Assembly: GCF_009914755.1 (NCBI RefSeq)
Contig: NC_060948.1
From: the human T2T-CHM13v2.0 reference genome, Homo sapiens
DNA length: 64,000 bases
Reading direction: 5' to 3' (one strand)
The translations under genes and the position numbers were made by a program. Under the pieces are notes generated by a model, which made no database searches, was not told the origin of the DNA, and saw only the letters and a list, made by a program, of their open reading frames with translations. Of the stretch, positions 1-13,400 are shown one piece after another (the first letter of the stretch is position 1; the number at the start of each line of letters is the position of its first letter).

Positions 1-203
1 AATCGAATGGAATGGAAGTGAATAGAATCGAACTAAATCGAATGGAATGGAATTGATAGGAGCGGAATGGAAAGGAATGCAATGATTTGGCATGGAATGG
101 AATCGAATGGCATCGAATGGAATGGAATGGAATGCAATGGAATGGAATGTATTAGAATGTAATGAACTTTAATGGAATGTACTCGAATGGATTCGACTGG
201 AAT

Positions 204-218
204 GGAATGTTCTGGAAG
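204..218. promoter_or_regulatory. Perfect 3-unit heat shock element motif (HSE-1), one per monomer
   Basis: gGAAtgTTCtgGAAg matches nGAAnnTTCnnGAAn; the variant gGAAtaTTCtgGAAg occurs in U8, U9, U11 and U13. Motif match only, binding not shown. Confidence 0.6.
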
Positions 219-483
219 TGAATGGACTCCAATGGAATGGATTCAAAAGGAATGGAATCGTACGGAATGGAAACTAATGGAATGGAATTAAATGGAAATG
301 AATCAAATTGAATAGCACGGAATTGAATTCAATGGAATCGAATGCAATGGAATCTAATGAAACGGAAAGGAAAGGAATGGAATGGAATGGAATGGGCTGG
401 AATGGAAAGGAATCGAAACGAATGGAATGGAATCGAACTGAAGAGACTGGAATGGAATGCACTGGAATGGAAGGGAGTGTAAT

Positions 484-498
484 GGAAGGTTCTCGAAA
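484..498. promoter_or_regulatory. Perfect 3-unit heat shock element motif (HSE-2), one per monomer
   Basis: gGAAggTTCtcGAAa matches nGAAnnTTCnnGAAn. Motif match only. Confidence 0.6.
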
Positions 499-1499
499 AA
501 AATGGAATCGAATGGAATGCAATTGAATGGAACGGAATAGAGTCGAATGGAATTGAATGGAATGGAATGGACTAGAGTGAAATGGAATCGAACCACAAGG
601 AATGGACAGGAATAGAATGGTCTCGAATTGAATGGAATCGTATGGAATGGCATCAAACGGAATGGAATGGACAGCCACGGAATGGAATGCACTCGAATGC
701 AATGGAGTCGAAACTAATGGACTGGAATAGAATGGACTCGACTGGTACGGACTCCAATCGAATGGAATCGAATGGAAGGGAATCGATCGGAATGGACTCG
801 AATGGAAAAGACTGCAATGGAAAGGTCTCGAATGGAATGGAAATTAATGGAATGGAATGGAATCGAATGAAATGGAGTCAAAAGGAATGCAATCGAATGG
901 CAAGAAATCGAATGTAATGGAATCGCAAGGAATTGATGTGAACGGAACGGAATGGAATGGAATCCAAAGGAATGGAATAGAATGGAACGGAATCGAATGG
1001 AAAGGACTCGAATGGAAATCACTCGAATAGAATGCAATTTAATAAAATAGGATCAAATGTAATGGAATGGAATGGAAAGGAATCGAAACGAAAGGAATGG
1101 AGACAGATGGAATGGAATGGAACAGAGAGCAATGGTATAGAATGGAATGGAATCATCTGGAATGGAATTGAATGGAATGGAATAATATGAAATGGAATGG
1201 AATGGAATGCCCTTGAATTAAATGGACTGGAATGCAATGAACTCGAACAGAGTGGAATGGAATGTGTTGAGATAGAATGGAATGGACTCCTTCGGAATGG
1301 TGTAGCATGCAATGCAATCGACTGGCAGGGAATCAAAAGGAATGTAATGGAATGGATTGGACTGGAATGCAATGGACTCGAATAGATTGGAAACGGAATG
1401 CAAAGGAATGGAATGGAATAGTATGGAATGGAATGGAAAGGAATGGAGTGGAATAGACTAGAGTGGAATGGAATGGACTGGAAAGCAATGGACTGGAAT

Positions 1500-1514
1500 G
1501 GAACTTTCTTGAAT
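1500..1514. promoter_or_regulatory. Perfect 3-unit heat shock element motif (HSE-3), one per monomer
   Basis: gGAActTTCttGAAt matches nGAAnnTTCnnGAAn. Motif match only. Confidence 0.6.
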
Positions 1515-3382
1515 GGACTGGAATCAAACGGAATGGAATGCAATGCAATCAAATGGCATGGAATAAAATAGAATGAAAGAGAATCAAATGGAATTGAATC
1601 GAATGGAATCGAATGGATTGGAAAGGAATAGAATGGAATGGAATGGAATTGACTCAAATGGAATGGACTAGAATGGAATGGATTCGAATGGAAGGCAAAG
1701 GAATGGAATCTATTGGAATGGACTGTAATGGAATGGAATGGAAGGGATTGGAATGGACTCGAATGGAATGGACTGCAATAAAAAGGATTCGAATGGAATG
1801 AAAAAGAATTGAATGGAATAGAACAGAATGGAATCAAATCGAATGAAATGGAATGGAATAGAAAGGAATGGAATGAAATGGAATGGAAAGGATTCGAATG
1901 GAATGCAATCGAATGGAATGCAATCGAATGGAATGGAATCGAACGGAATGGAATAAAATGGAAGAAAACTGGCAAGAAATGGAATCGAAATGAATGGAGT
2001 GTTATGGAACGGACTCAAAAGGAATTGAATGTAATAGAATGGAGTGGAGTGGACTCGAATATAATGGACTGGAATGGAATGAAATCACATGGAATGGGAA
2101 CGAATGGAATGGAATGGAAAGGAATGGAATCGAATGGAAAGGAATCGAATGGAAGGGAATGAAATTGAATCAACAGGAATGGAAGGGAATAGAATAGACG
2201 GTAATGGAATGGACTCGAATAGAATGGACACGAATGCTCAAATTGAATGGACTCGAATGGAATGGAAACGAAAGGAATGTCATCGAATGGAATTGAATCG
2301 ATTGGAATGAAATCGCATAGAATGGAGTGGAATCAAATGGAATTGAATCGAAAGGAAAGGAAGCGAATGGACTGAAATGAAATGGAATGGAATTGAATGG
2401 AAAGTAATGCAATGGAATAGAATGGAACGAAATTTCACGGAATGGAATCAAACTGAATGGAATCAAATCAATGGAATCAAATCAAATGGAATGGAAAGGA
2501 ATTGAATGGAGTAGATTGGATTGGATGGGATTGGAATGAAATGTACTGGAAAGGACTCGAATTTCATGAAACGGAATGGAATGAATTGGAACGGAATGGA
2601 CTCGAATGGAATGGAATGTCATGGAATGGCATCAAATGGAATGGCATCAAATGGAATGGAATCGAATGCAATGGAATGCTATGGAATGGAATGGAATGCA
2701 TTGGAATGGAATGTCCTCTAATGGAATGGATTCGAGTGGAATGGAATCGAATATAATGGAGTCGAATGAAATGGAATTGAAAGGAATGGGATTGAATACA
2801 AAGGAATATACTGGAATGTAATGTAATGAACTCGAATGTAATTGACTGGAATGGAATGTACATGAATGGAATGTAATCGAATGGAAAGTAATCCAATGGA
2901 ATAGAATCTAATGCAATAAAATCGACTCAGTTAGAGTAGAATGTAATGGAATGGAGTGCAGTGCAATGGAATGGAATGGAATGGAATGCAATGGAATGGA
3001 ATGGAATGGAATGGAATGGGATGGAATGGTATGGAATGGATAGTAATGGACTGGATTGAAATGGACTGGAAAGGTATGGACTCAAATTGAAAGGGCTCGA
3101 AAGGAATGGAGTCAAATGGAATGGTCTGGAATGGAATGAACACGAATGTAATGCAATCCAATAGAATGGAATCGAATGGCATGGAATATAAAGAAATGGA
3201 ATCGAAGAGAATGGAAACAAATGGAATGGAAGTGAATGGAATGGAATTGAATGGAATGGGAACGAATGGAGTGAAATTGTATGCAGTAGAAGAGAATAGA
3301 ATGGAATGCAAGCGAAAGGAAAGGAATGGATTGGAATGGAATGGAATTCATTGGAATGGAAGGGAATGTAGTGTAATGGACA

Positions 3383-6300
3383 GGCCTGGAATAAAGTGGA
3401 ATGCTACGGTCTCGAATGGAATAAAAATGTATGGAATGGAATGCAATGAAACGGAATCGAATGTCATAGAATATAATGGAATGCAAAAAAATGGAATCCA
3501 AAATCATTGACTGGAAAGGCTGGGTGTCGAAAGGAATTGACTCCAATGGAATGGAATCGAATGGAATGGAAGTGAATAGAATCGAACTAAATCGAATGGA
3601 ATGGAATTGATAGGAACGGAATGGAAAGGAATGCAATGATTTGGCATGGAATGGAATCGAATGGCATCGAATGGAATGGAATGGAATGCAATGGAATGGA
3701 ATGTATTAGAATGTAATGAACTTTAATGGAATGTACTCGAATGGATTCGACTGGAATGGAATGTTCTGGAAGTGAATGGACTCCAATGGAATGGATTCAA
3801 AAGGAATGGAATCGTACGGAATGGAAACTAATGGAATGGAATTAAATGGAAATGAATCAAATTGAATAGCACGGAATTGAATTGAATGGAATCGAATGCA
3901 ATGGAATCTAATGAAACGGAAAGGAAAGGAATGGAATGGAATGGAATGGGCTGGAATGGAAAGGAATCGAAACGAATGGAATGGAATCGAACTGAAGAGA
4001 CTGGAATGGAATGCACTGGAATGGAAGGGAGTGTAATGGAAGGTTCTCGAAAAAAATGGAATCGAATGGAATGCAATTGAATGGAACGGAATAGAGTCGA
4101 ATGGAATTGAATGGAATGGAATGGACTAGAGTGAAATGGAATCGAACCACAAGGAATGGACAGGAATAGAATGGTCTCGAATTGAATGGAATCGTATGGA
4201 ATGGCATCAAACGGAATGGAATGGACAGCCACGGAATGGAATGCACTCGAATGCAATGGAGTCGAAACTAATGGACTGGAATAGAATGGACTCGACTGGT
4301 AGGGACTCCAATGGAATGGAATCGAATGGAAGGGAATCGATCGGAATGGACTCGAAGGGAAAAGACTGCAATGGAAAGGTCTCGAATGGAATGGAAATTA
4401 ATGGAATGGAATGGAATCGAATGAAATGGAGTCAAAAGGAATGGAATCGAATGGCAAGAAATCGAATGTAATGGAATCGCAAGGAATTGATGTGAACGGA
4501 ACGGAATGGAATGGAATCCAAAGAAATGGAATAGAATGGAATGGAATCGAATGGAAAGGACTCGAATGGAAATCACTCGAATAGAATGCAATTTAATAAA
4601 ATAGGATCAAATGTAATGGAATGGAATGGAAAGGAATCGAAACGAAAGGAATGGAGACAGATGGAATGGAATGGAACAGAGAGCAATGGTATAGAATGGA
4701 ATGGAATCATCTGGAATGGAATTGAATGGAATGGAATAATATGAAATGGAATGGAATGGAATGCCCTTGAATTAAATGGACTGGAATGCAATGAACTCGA
4801 ACAGAGTAGAATGGAAAGTGTTGAGATAGAATGGAATGGACTCCTTCGGAATGGTGTAGTATGCAATGCAATCGACAGGCAGGGAATCAAAAGGAATGTA
4901 ATGGAATGGATTGGACTGGAATGCAATGGACTCGAATAGATTGGAAACGGAATGCAAAGGAATGGAATGGAATAGTATGGAATGGAATGGAAAGGAATGG
5001 AGTGGAATAGACTAGAGTGGAATGGAATGGACTGGAAAGCAATGGACTGGAATGGAACTTTCTTGAATGGACTGGAATCAAACGGAATGGAATGCAATGC
5101 AATCAAATGGCATGGAATAAAATAGAATGAAAGAGAATCAAATGGAATTGAATCGAATGGAATCGAATGGATTGGAAAGGAATAGAATGGAATGGAATGG
5201 AATTGACTCAAATGGAATGGACTAGAATGGAATGGATTCGAATGGAAGGCAAAGGAATGGAATCTATTGGAATGGACTGTAATGGAATGGAATGGAAGGG
5301 ATTGGAATGGACTCGAATGGAATGGACTGCAATAGAAAGGATTCGAATGGAATGAAAAAGAATTGAATGGAATAGAACAGAATGGAATCAAATCGAATGA
5401 AATGGAATGGAATAGAAAGGAATGGAATGAAATGGAATGGAAAGGATTCGAATGGAATGCAATCGAATGGAATGGAATCGAACGGAATGGAATAAAATGG
5501 AAGAAAACTGGCAAGAAATGGAATCGAAATGAATGGAGTGTTATGGAACGGACTCAAAAGGAATTGAATGTAATAGAATGGAGTGGAGTGGACTCGAATA
5601 TAATGGACTGGAATGGAATGAAATCACATGGAATGGGAACGAATGGAATGGAATGGAAAGGAATGGAATCGAATGGAAAGGAATCGAATGGAAGGGAATG
5701 AAATTGAATCAACAGGAATGGAAGGGAATAGAATAGACGGTAATGGAATGGACTCGAATAGAATGGACACGAATGCTCAAATTGAATGGACTCGAATGGA
5801 ATGGAAACGAAAGGAATGTCATCGAATGGAATTGAATCGATTGGAATGAAATCGCATAGAATGGAGTGGAATCAAATGGAATTGAATCGAAAGGAAAGGA
5901 AGCGAATGGACTGAAATGAAATGGAATGGAATTGAATGGAAAGTAATGCAATGGAATAGAATGGAACGAAATTTCACGGAATGGAATCAAACTGAATGGA
6001 ATCAAATCAATGGAATCAAATCAAATGGAATGGAAAGGAATTGAATGGAGTAGATTGGATTGGATGGGATTGGAATGAAATGTACTGGAAAGGACTCGAA
6101 TTTCATGAAACGGAATGGAATGAATTGGAACGGAATGGACTCGAATGGAATGGAATGTCATGGAATGGCATCAAATGGAATGGCATCAAATGGAATGGAA
6201 TCGAATGCAATGGAATGCTATGGAATGGAATGGAATGCATTGGAATGGAATGTCCTCTAATGGAATGGATTCGAGTGGAATGGAATCGAATATAATGGAG

Positions 6301-6921
6301 TCGAATGAAATGGAATTGAAAGGAATGGGATCGAATACAATGGAATATACAGGAATGTAATGTAATGAACTCGAATGTAATTGACTGGAATGGAATGTAC
6401 ATGAATGGAATGTAATCGAATGGAAAGTAATCCAATGGAATAGAATCTAATGCAATAAAATCGACTCAGATAGAGTAGAATGTAATGGAATGGAGTGCAG
6501 TGCAATGGAATGGAATGGAATGGAATGCAATGGAATGGAATGGAATGGAATGGAATGGGATGGAATGGTATGGAATGGATAGTAATGGACTGGAGTGAAA
6601 TGGACTGGAAAGGTATGGACTCAAATTGAAAGGGCTCGAAAGGAATGGAGTCAAATGGAATGGTCTGGAATGGAATGAACACGAATGTAATGCAATCCAA
6701 TAGAATGGAATCAAATGGCATGGAATATAAAGAAATGGAATCGAAGAGAATGGAAACAAATGGAATGGAAGTGAATGGAATGGAATTGAATGGAATGGGA
6801 ACGAATGGAGTGAAATTGTATGCAGTAGAAGAGAATAGAATGGAATGCAAGCGAAAGGAAAGGAATGGATTGGAATGGAATGGAATTCATTGGAATGGAA
6901 GGGAATGTAGTGTAATGGACA
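3383..6921 (+). repeat. Monomer U1 (3539 bp)
   Basis: GGCC at 3383 to GGCC at 6922. Confidence 0.92.
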
Positions 6922-9900
6922 GGCCTGGAATAAAGTGGAATGCTACGGTCTCGAATGGAATAAAAATGTATGGAATGGAATGCAATGAAACGGAATCGAA
7001 TGTCATAGAATATAATGGAATGCAAAAAAATGGAATCCAAAATCATTGACTGGAAAGGCTGGGTGTCGAAAGGAATTGACTCCAATGGAATGGAATCGAA
7101 TGGAATGGAAGTGAATAGAATCGAACTAAATCGAATGGAATGGAATTGATAGGAACGGAATGGAAAGGAATGCAATGATTTGGCATGGAATGGAATCGAA
7201 TGGCATCGAATGGAATGGAATGGAATGCAATGGAATGGAATGTATTAGAATGTAATGAACTTTAATGGAATGTACTCGAATGGATTCGACTGGAATGGAA
7301 TGTTCTGGAAGTGAATGGACTCCAATGGAATGGATTCAAAAGGAATGGAATCGTACGGAATGGAAACTAATGGAATGGAATTAAATGGAAATGAATCAAA
7401 TTGAATAGCACGGAATTGAATTGAATGGAATCGAATGCAATGGAATCTAATGAAACGGAAAGGAAAGGAATGGAATGGAATGGAATGGGCTGGAATGGAA
7501 AGGAATCGAAACGAATGGAATGGAATCGAACTGAAGAGACTGGAATGGAATGCACTGGAATGGAAGGGAGTGTAATGGAAGGTTCTCGAAAAAAATGGAA
7601 TCGAATGGAATGCAATTGAATGGAACGGAATAGAGTCGAATGGAATTGAATGGAATGGAATGGACTAGAGTGAAATGGAATCGAACCACAAGGAATGGAC
7701 AGGAATAGAATGGTCTCGAATTGAATGGAATCGTATGGAATGGCATCAAACGGAATGGAATGGACAGCCACGGAATGGAATGCACTCGAATGCAATGGAG
7801 TCGAAACTAATGGACTGGAATAGAATGGACTCGACTGGTACGGACTCCAATGGAATGGAATCGAATGGAAGGGAATCGATCGGAATGGACTCGAAGGGAA
7901 AAGACTGCAATGGAAAGGTCTCGAATGGAATGGAAATTAATGGAATGGAATGGAATCGAATGAAATGGAGTCAAAAGGAATGGAATCGAATGGCAAGAAA
8001 TCGAATGTAATGGAATCGCAAGGAATTGATGTGAACGGAACGGAATGGAATGGAATCCAAAGGAATGGAATAGAATGGAATGGAATCGAATGGAAAGGAC
8101 TCGAATGGAAATCACTCGAATAGAATGCAATTTAATAAAATAGGATCAAATGTAATGGAATGGAATGGAAAGGAATCGAAACGAAAGGAATGGAGACAGA
8201 TGGAATGGAATGGAACAGAGAGCAATGGTATAGAATGGAATGGAATCATCTGGAATGGAATTGAATGGAGTGGAATAATATGAAATGGAATGGAATGGAA
8301 TGGAATGGAATGCCCTTGAATTAAATGGACTGGAATGGAATGGACTCGAACAGAGTGGAATGGAAAGTGTTGAGATAGAATGGAATGGACTCCTTTGGAA
8401 TGGTGTAGTATGCAATGCAATCGACTGGCATGGAATCAAAAGGAATGTAATCGAATGAATTGGACTGGAATGCAATGGACTCGAATAGATTGGAAACGGA
8501 ATGCAAAGGAATGGAATGGAATAGTATGGAATGGAATGGAAAGGAATGGAGTGGAATAGACTAGAGTGGAATGGAATGGACTGGAAAGCAATGGACTGGA
8601 ATGGAACTTTCTTGAATGGACTGGAATCAAACGGAATGGAATGCAATGCAATCAAATGGCATGGAATAAAATAGAATGAAAGAGAATCAAATGGAATTGA
8701 ATCGAATGGAATCGAATGGATTGGAAAGGAATAGAATGGAATGGAATGGAATTGACTCAAATGGAATGGACTAGAATGGAATGGATTCGAATGGAAGGCA
8801 AAGGAATGGAATCTATTGGAATGGACTGTAATGGAATGGAATGGAAGGGATTGGAATGGACTCGAATGGAATGGACTGCAATAGAAAGGATTCGAATGGA
8901 ATGAAAAAGAATTGAATGGAATAGAACAGAATGGAATCAAATCGAATGAAATGGAATGGAATAGAAAGGAATGGAATGAAATGGAATGGAAAGGATTCGA
9001 ATGGAATGCAATCGAATGGAATGGAATCGAACGGAATGGAATAAAATGGAAGAAAACTGGCAAGAAATGGAATCGAAATGAATGGAGTGTTATGGAACGG
9101 ACTCAAAAGGAATTGAATGTAATAGAATGGAGTGGAGTGGACTCGAATATAATGGACTGGAATGGATTGAAATCACATGGAATGGGAACGAATGGAATGG
9201 AATGGAAAGGAATGGAATCGAAAGGAAAGGAATCGAATGGAAGGGAATGAAATTGAATCAACAGGAATGGAAGGGAATAGAATAGACGGTAATGGAATGG
9301 ACTCGAATAGAATGGACACGAATGCTCAAATTGAATGGACTCGAATGGAATGGAAACGAAAGGAATGTCATCGAATGGAATTGAATCGATTGGAATGAAA
9401 TCGCATAGAATGGAGTGGAATCAAATGGAATTGAATCGAAAGGAAAGGAAGCGAATGGACTGAAATGAAATGGAATGGAATTGAATGGAAAGTAATGCAA
9501 TGGAATAGAATGGAACGAAATTTCACGGAATGGAATCAAACTGAATGGAATCAAATCAATGGAATCAAATCAAATGGAATGGAAAGGAATTGAATGGAGT
9601 AGATTGGATTGGATGGGATTGGAATGAAATGTACTGGAAAGGACTCGAATTTCATGAAACGGAATGGAATGAATTGGAACGGAATGGACTCGAATGGAAT
9701 GGAATGTCATGGAATGGCATCAAATGGAATGGCATCAAATGGAATGGAATCGAATGCAATGGAATGCTATGGAATGGAATGGAATGCATTGGAATGGAAT
9801 GTCCTCTAATGGAATGGATTCGAGTGGAATGGAATCGAATATAATGGAGTCGAATGAAATGGAATTGAAAGGAATGGGATCGAATACAATGGAATATACT

Positions 9901-10495
9901 GGAATGTAATGTAATGAACTGGAATGTAATTGACTGGAATGGAATGTACATGAATGGAATGTAATCGAATGGAAAGTAATCCAATGGAATAGAATCTAAT
10001 GCAATAAAATCGACTCAGATAGAGTAGAATGTAATGGAATGGAGTGCAGTGCAATGGAATGCAATGGAATGGAATGGAATGGAATGGAATGGAATTCTAT
10101 GGAATGGAATGGAATGGAATGGAATGGAATGGGATGGAATGGTATGGAATGGATAGTAATGGACTGGAGTGAAATGGACTGGAAAGGAATGGACTCAAAT
10201 TGAAAGGGCTCGAAAGGAATGGAGACAAATGGAATGGTCTGGAATGGAATGAACACGAATGTAATGCAATCCAATAGAATGGAGTCGAATGGCATGGAAT
10301 ATAAAGAAATGGAATCGAAGAGAATGGAAACAATTGGAATGGAATTGAATGGAATGGAATTGAATGGAATGGGAACGAATGGATTGAAATTGTATGCAGT
10401 AGAAGAGAATAGAATGGAATGCAAGCGAAAGGAAAGGAATGGATTGGAATGGAATGGAATTCATTGGAATGGAAGGGAATGTAGTGTAATGGACA
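6922..10495 (+). repeat. Monomer U2 (3574 bp)
   Basis: GGCC at 6922 to GGCC at 10496. Confidence 0.92.
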
Positions 10496-13400
10496 GGCCT
10501 GGAATAAAGTGGAATGCTACGGTCCCGAATGGAATAAAAATGTATGGAATGGAATGCAATGAATCGGAATCGAATGTCATAGAATGTAATGTAATGCAAA
10601 AAAATGGAATCCAAAATCATTGACTGGAAAGGCTGGGTGTCGAAAGGAATTGACTCCAATGGAATGGAATCGAATGGAATGGAAGTGAATAGAATCGAAC
10701 TAAATCGAATGGAATGGAATTGATAGGAACGGAATGGAAAGGAATGCAATGATTTGGCATGGAATGGAATCGAATGGCATCGAATGGAATGGAATGGAAT
10801 GCAATGGAATGGAATGTATTAGAACGTAATGAACTTTAATGGAATGTACTCGAATGGATTCGACTGGAATGGAATGTTCTGGAAGTGAATGGACTCCAAT
10901 GGAATGGATTCAAAAGGAATGGAATCGTACGGAATGGAAACTAATGGAATGGAATTAAATGGAAATGAATCAAATTGAATAGCACGGAATTGAATTGAAT
11001 GGAATGGAATGCAATGGAATCTAATGAAACGGAAAGGAAAGGAATGGAATGGAATGGAATGGGCTGGAATGGAAAGGAATCGAAACGAATGGAATGGAAT
11101 CGAACTGAAGAGACTGGAATGGAATGCACTGGAATGGAAGGGAGTGTAATGGAAGGTTCTCGAAAAAAATGGAATCGAATGGAATGGAATTGAATGGAAC
11201 GGAATAGAGTCGAATGGAATTCAATGGAATGGAATGGACTAGAGTGAAATGGAATCGAACCACAAGGAATGGACAGGAATAGAATGGTCTCGAATTGAAT
11301 GGAATCGTATGGAATGGCATCAAACGGAATGGAATGGACAGCCACGGAATGGAATGCACTCGAATGCAATGGAGTCGAAACTAATGGACTGGAATAGAAT
11401 GGACTCGACTGGTACGGACTCCAATGGAATGGAATCGAATGGAAGGGAATCGATCGGAATGGACTCGAAGGAAAAGACTGCAATGGAAAGGTCTCGAATG
11501 GAATGGAAATTAATGGAATGGAATGGAATCGAATGAAATGGAGTCAAAAGGAATGGAATCGAATGGCAAGAAATCGAATGTAATGGAATCGCAAGGAATT
11601 GATGTGAACGGAACGGAATGGAATGGAATCCAAAGGAATGGAATAGAATGGAATGGAATCGAATGGAAAGGACTCGAATGGAAATCACTCGAATAGAATG
11701 CAATTTAATAAAATAGGATCAAATGTAATGGAATGGAATGGAAAGGAATCGAAACGAAAGGAATGGAGACAGATGGAATGGAATGGAACAGAGAGCAATG
11801 GTATAGAATGGAATGGAATCATCTGGAATGGAATTGAATGGAATGGAATAATATGAAATGGAATGGAATGGAATGCCCTTGAATTAAATGGACTGGAATG
11901 CAATGAACTCGAACAGAGTGGAATGGAAAGTGTTGAGATAGAATGGAATGGACTCCTTCGGAATGGTGTAGCATGCAATGCAATCGACTCTCAGGGAATC
12001 AAAAGGAATGTAATGGAATGGATTGGACTGGAATGCAATGGACTCGAATAGATTGGAAACGGAATGCAAAGGAATGGAATGGAATAGTATGGAATGGAAT
12101 GGAAAGGAATGGAGTGGAATAGACTAGAGTGGAATGGAATGGACTGGAAAGCAATGGACTGGAATGGAACTTTCTTGAATGGACTGGAATCAAACGGAAT
12201 GGAATGCAATGCAATCAAATGGCATGGAATAAAATAGAATGAAAGAGAATCAAATGGAATTGAATCGAATGGAATCGAATGGATTGGAAAGGAATAGAAT
12301 GGAATGGAATGGAATTGACTCAAATGGAATGGACTAGAATGGAATGGATTCGAATGGAAGGCAAAGGAATGGAATCTATTGGAATGGACTGTAATGGAAT
12401 GGAATGGAAGGGATTGGAATGGACTCGAATGGAATGGACTGCAATAAAAAGGATTCGAATGGAATGAAAAAGAATTGAATGGAATAGAACAGAATGGAAT
12501 CAAATCGAATGAAATGGAATGGAATAGAAAGGAATGGAATGAAATGGAATGGAAAGGATTCGAATGGAATGCAATCGAATGGAATGCAATCGAATGGAAT
12601 GGAATCGAACGGAATGGAATAAAATGGAAGAAAACTGGCAAGAAATGGAATCGAAATGAATGGAGTGTTATGGAACGGACTCAAAAGGAATTGAATGTAA
12701 TAGAATGGAGTGGAGTGGACTCGAATATAATGGACTGGAATGGAATGAAATCACATGGAATGGGAACGAATGGAATGGAATGGAAAGGAATGGAATCGAA
12801 TGGAAAGGAATCGAATGGAAGGGAATGAAATTGAATCAACAGGAATGGAAGGGAATAGAATAGACGGTAATGGAATGGACTCGAATAGAATGGACACGAA
12901 TGCTCAAATTGAATGGACTCGAATGGAATGGAAACGAAAGGAATGTCATCGAATGGAATTGAATCGATTGGAATGAAATCGCATAGAATGGAGTGGAATC
13001 AAATGGAATTGAATCGAAAGGAAAGGAAGCGAATGGACTGAAATGAAATGGAATGGAATTGAATGGAAAGTAATGCAATGGAATAGAATGGAACGAAATT
13101 TCACGGAATGGAATCAAACTGAATGGAATCAAATCAATGGAATCAAATCAAATGGAATGGAAAGGAATTGAATGGAGTAGATTGGATTGGATGGGATTGG
13201 AATGAAATGTACTGGAAAGGACTCGAATTTCATGAAACGGAATGGAATGAATTGGAACGGAATGGACTCGAATGGAATGGAATGTCATGGAATGGCATCA
13301 AATGGAATGGCATCAAATGGAATGGAATCGAATGCAATGGAATGCTATGGAATGGAATGGAATGCATTGGAATGGAATGTCCTCTAATTGAATGGATTCG

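Larger units (their letters stand above)
1..3382 (+). repeat. Monomer U0 (partial, lacks first ~172 bp)
   Basis: Ends before GGCC at 3383; position 1 corresponds to 3555 in the next copy (offset 3554). Confidence 0.9.

Noticed and set aside
2460-2490. GAATCAAATCA resembling a DUX4 site
   Set aside because: It mismatches the TAAY start of the DUX4 consensus and is easily produced by CpG decay of GAATCGAATCG.
1041-3395. AATAAA hexamers (e.g. 1041, 1562, 1952, 2915) as polyadenylation signals, and a DYZ1 non-coding transcript
   Set aside because: AATAAA arises easily from AATGGA/AATAGA decay. DYZ1/SatIII transcripts are known, but no transcript boundaries can be supported from the sequence alone.
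10328-10338. AACAAT (SOX/SRY-type core) created in type-B tails
   Set aside because: A single 6-mer from one substitution in A-rich sequence is expected by chance.
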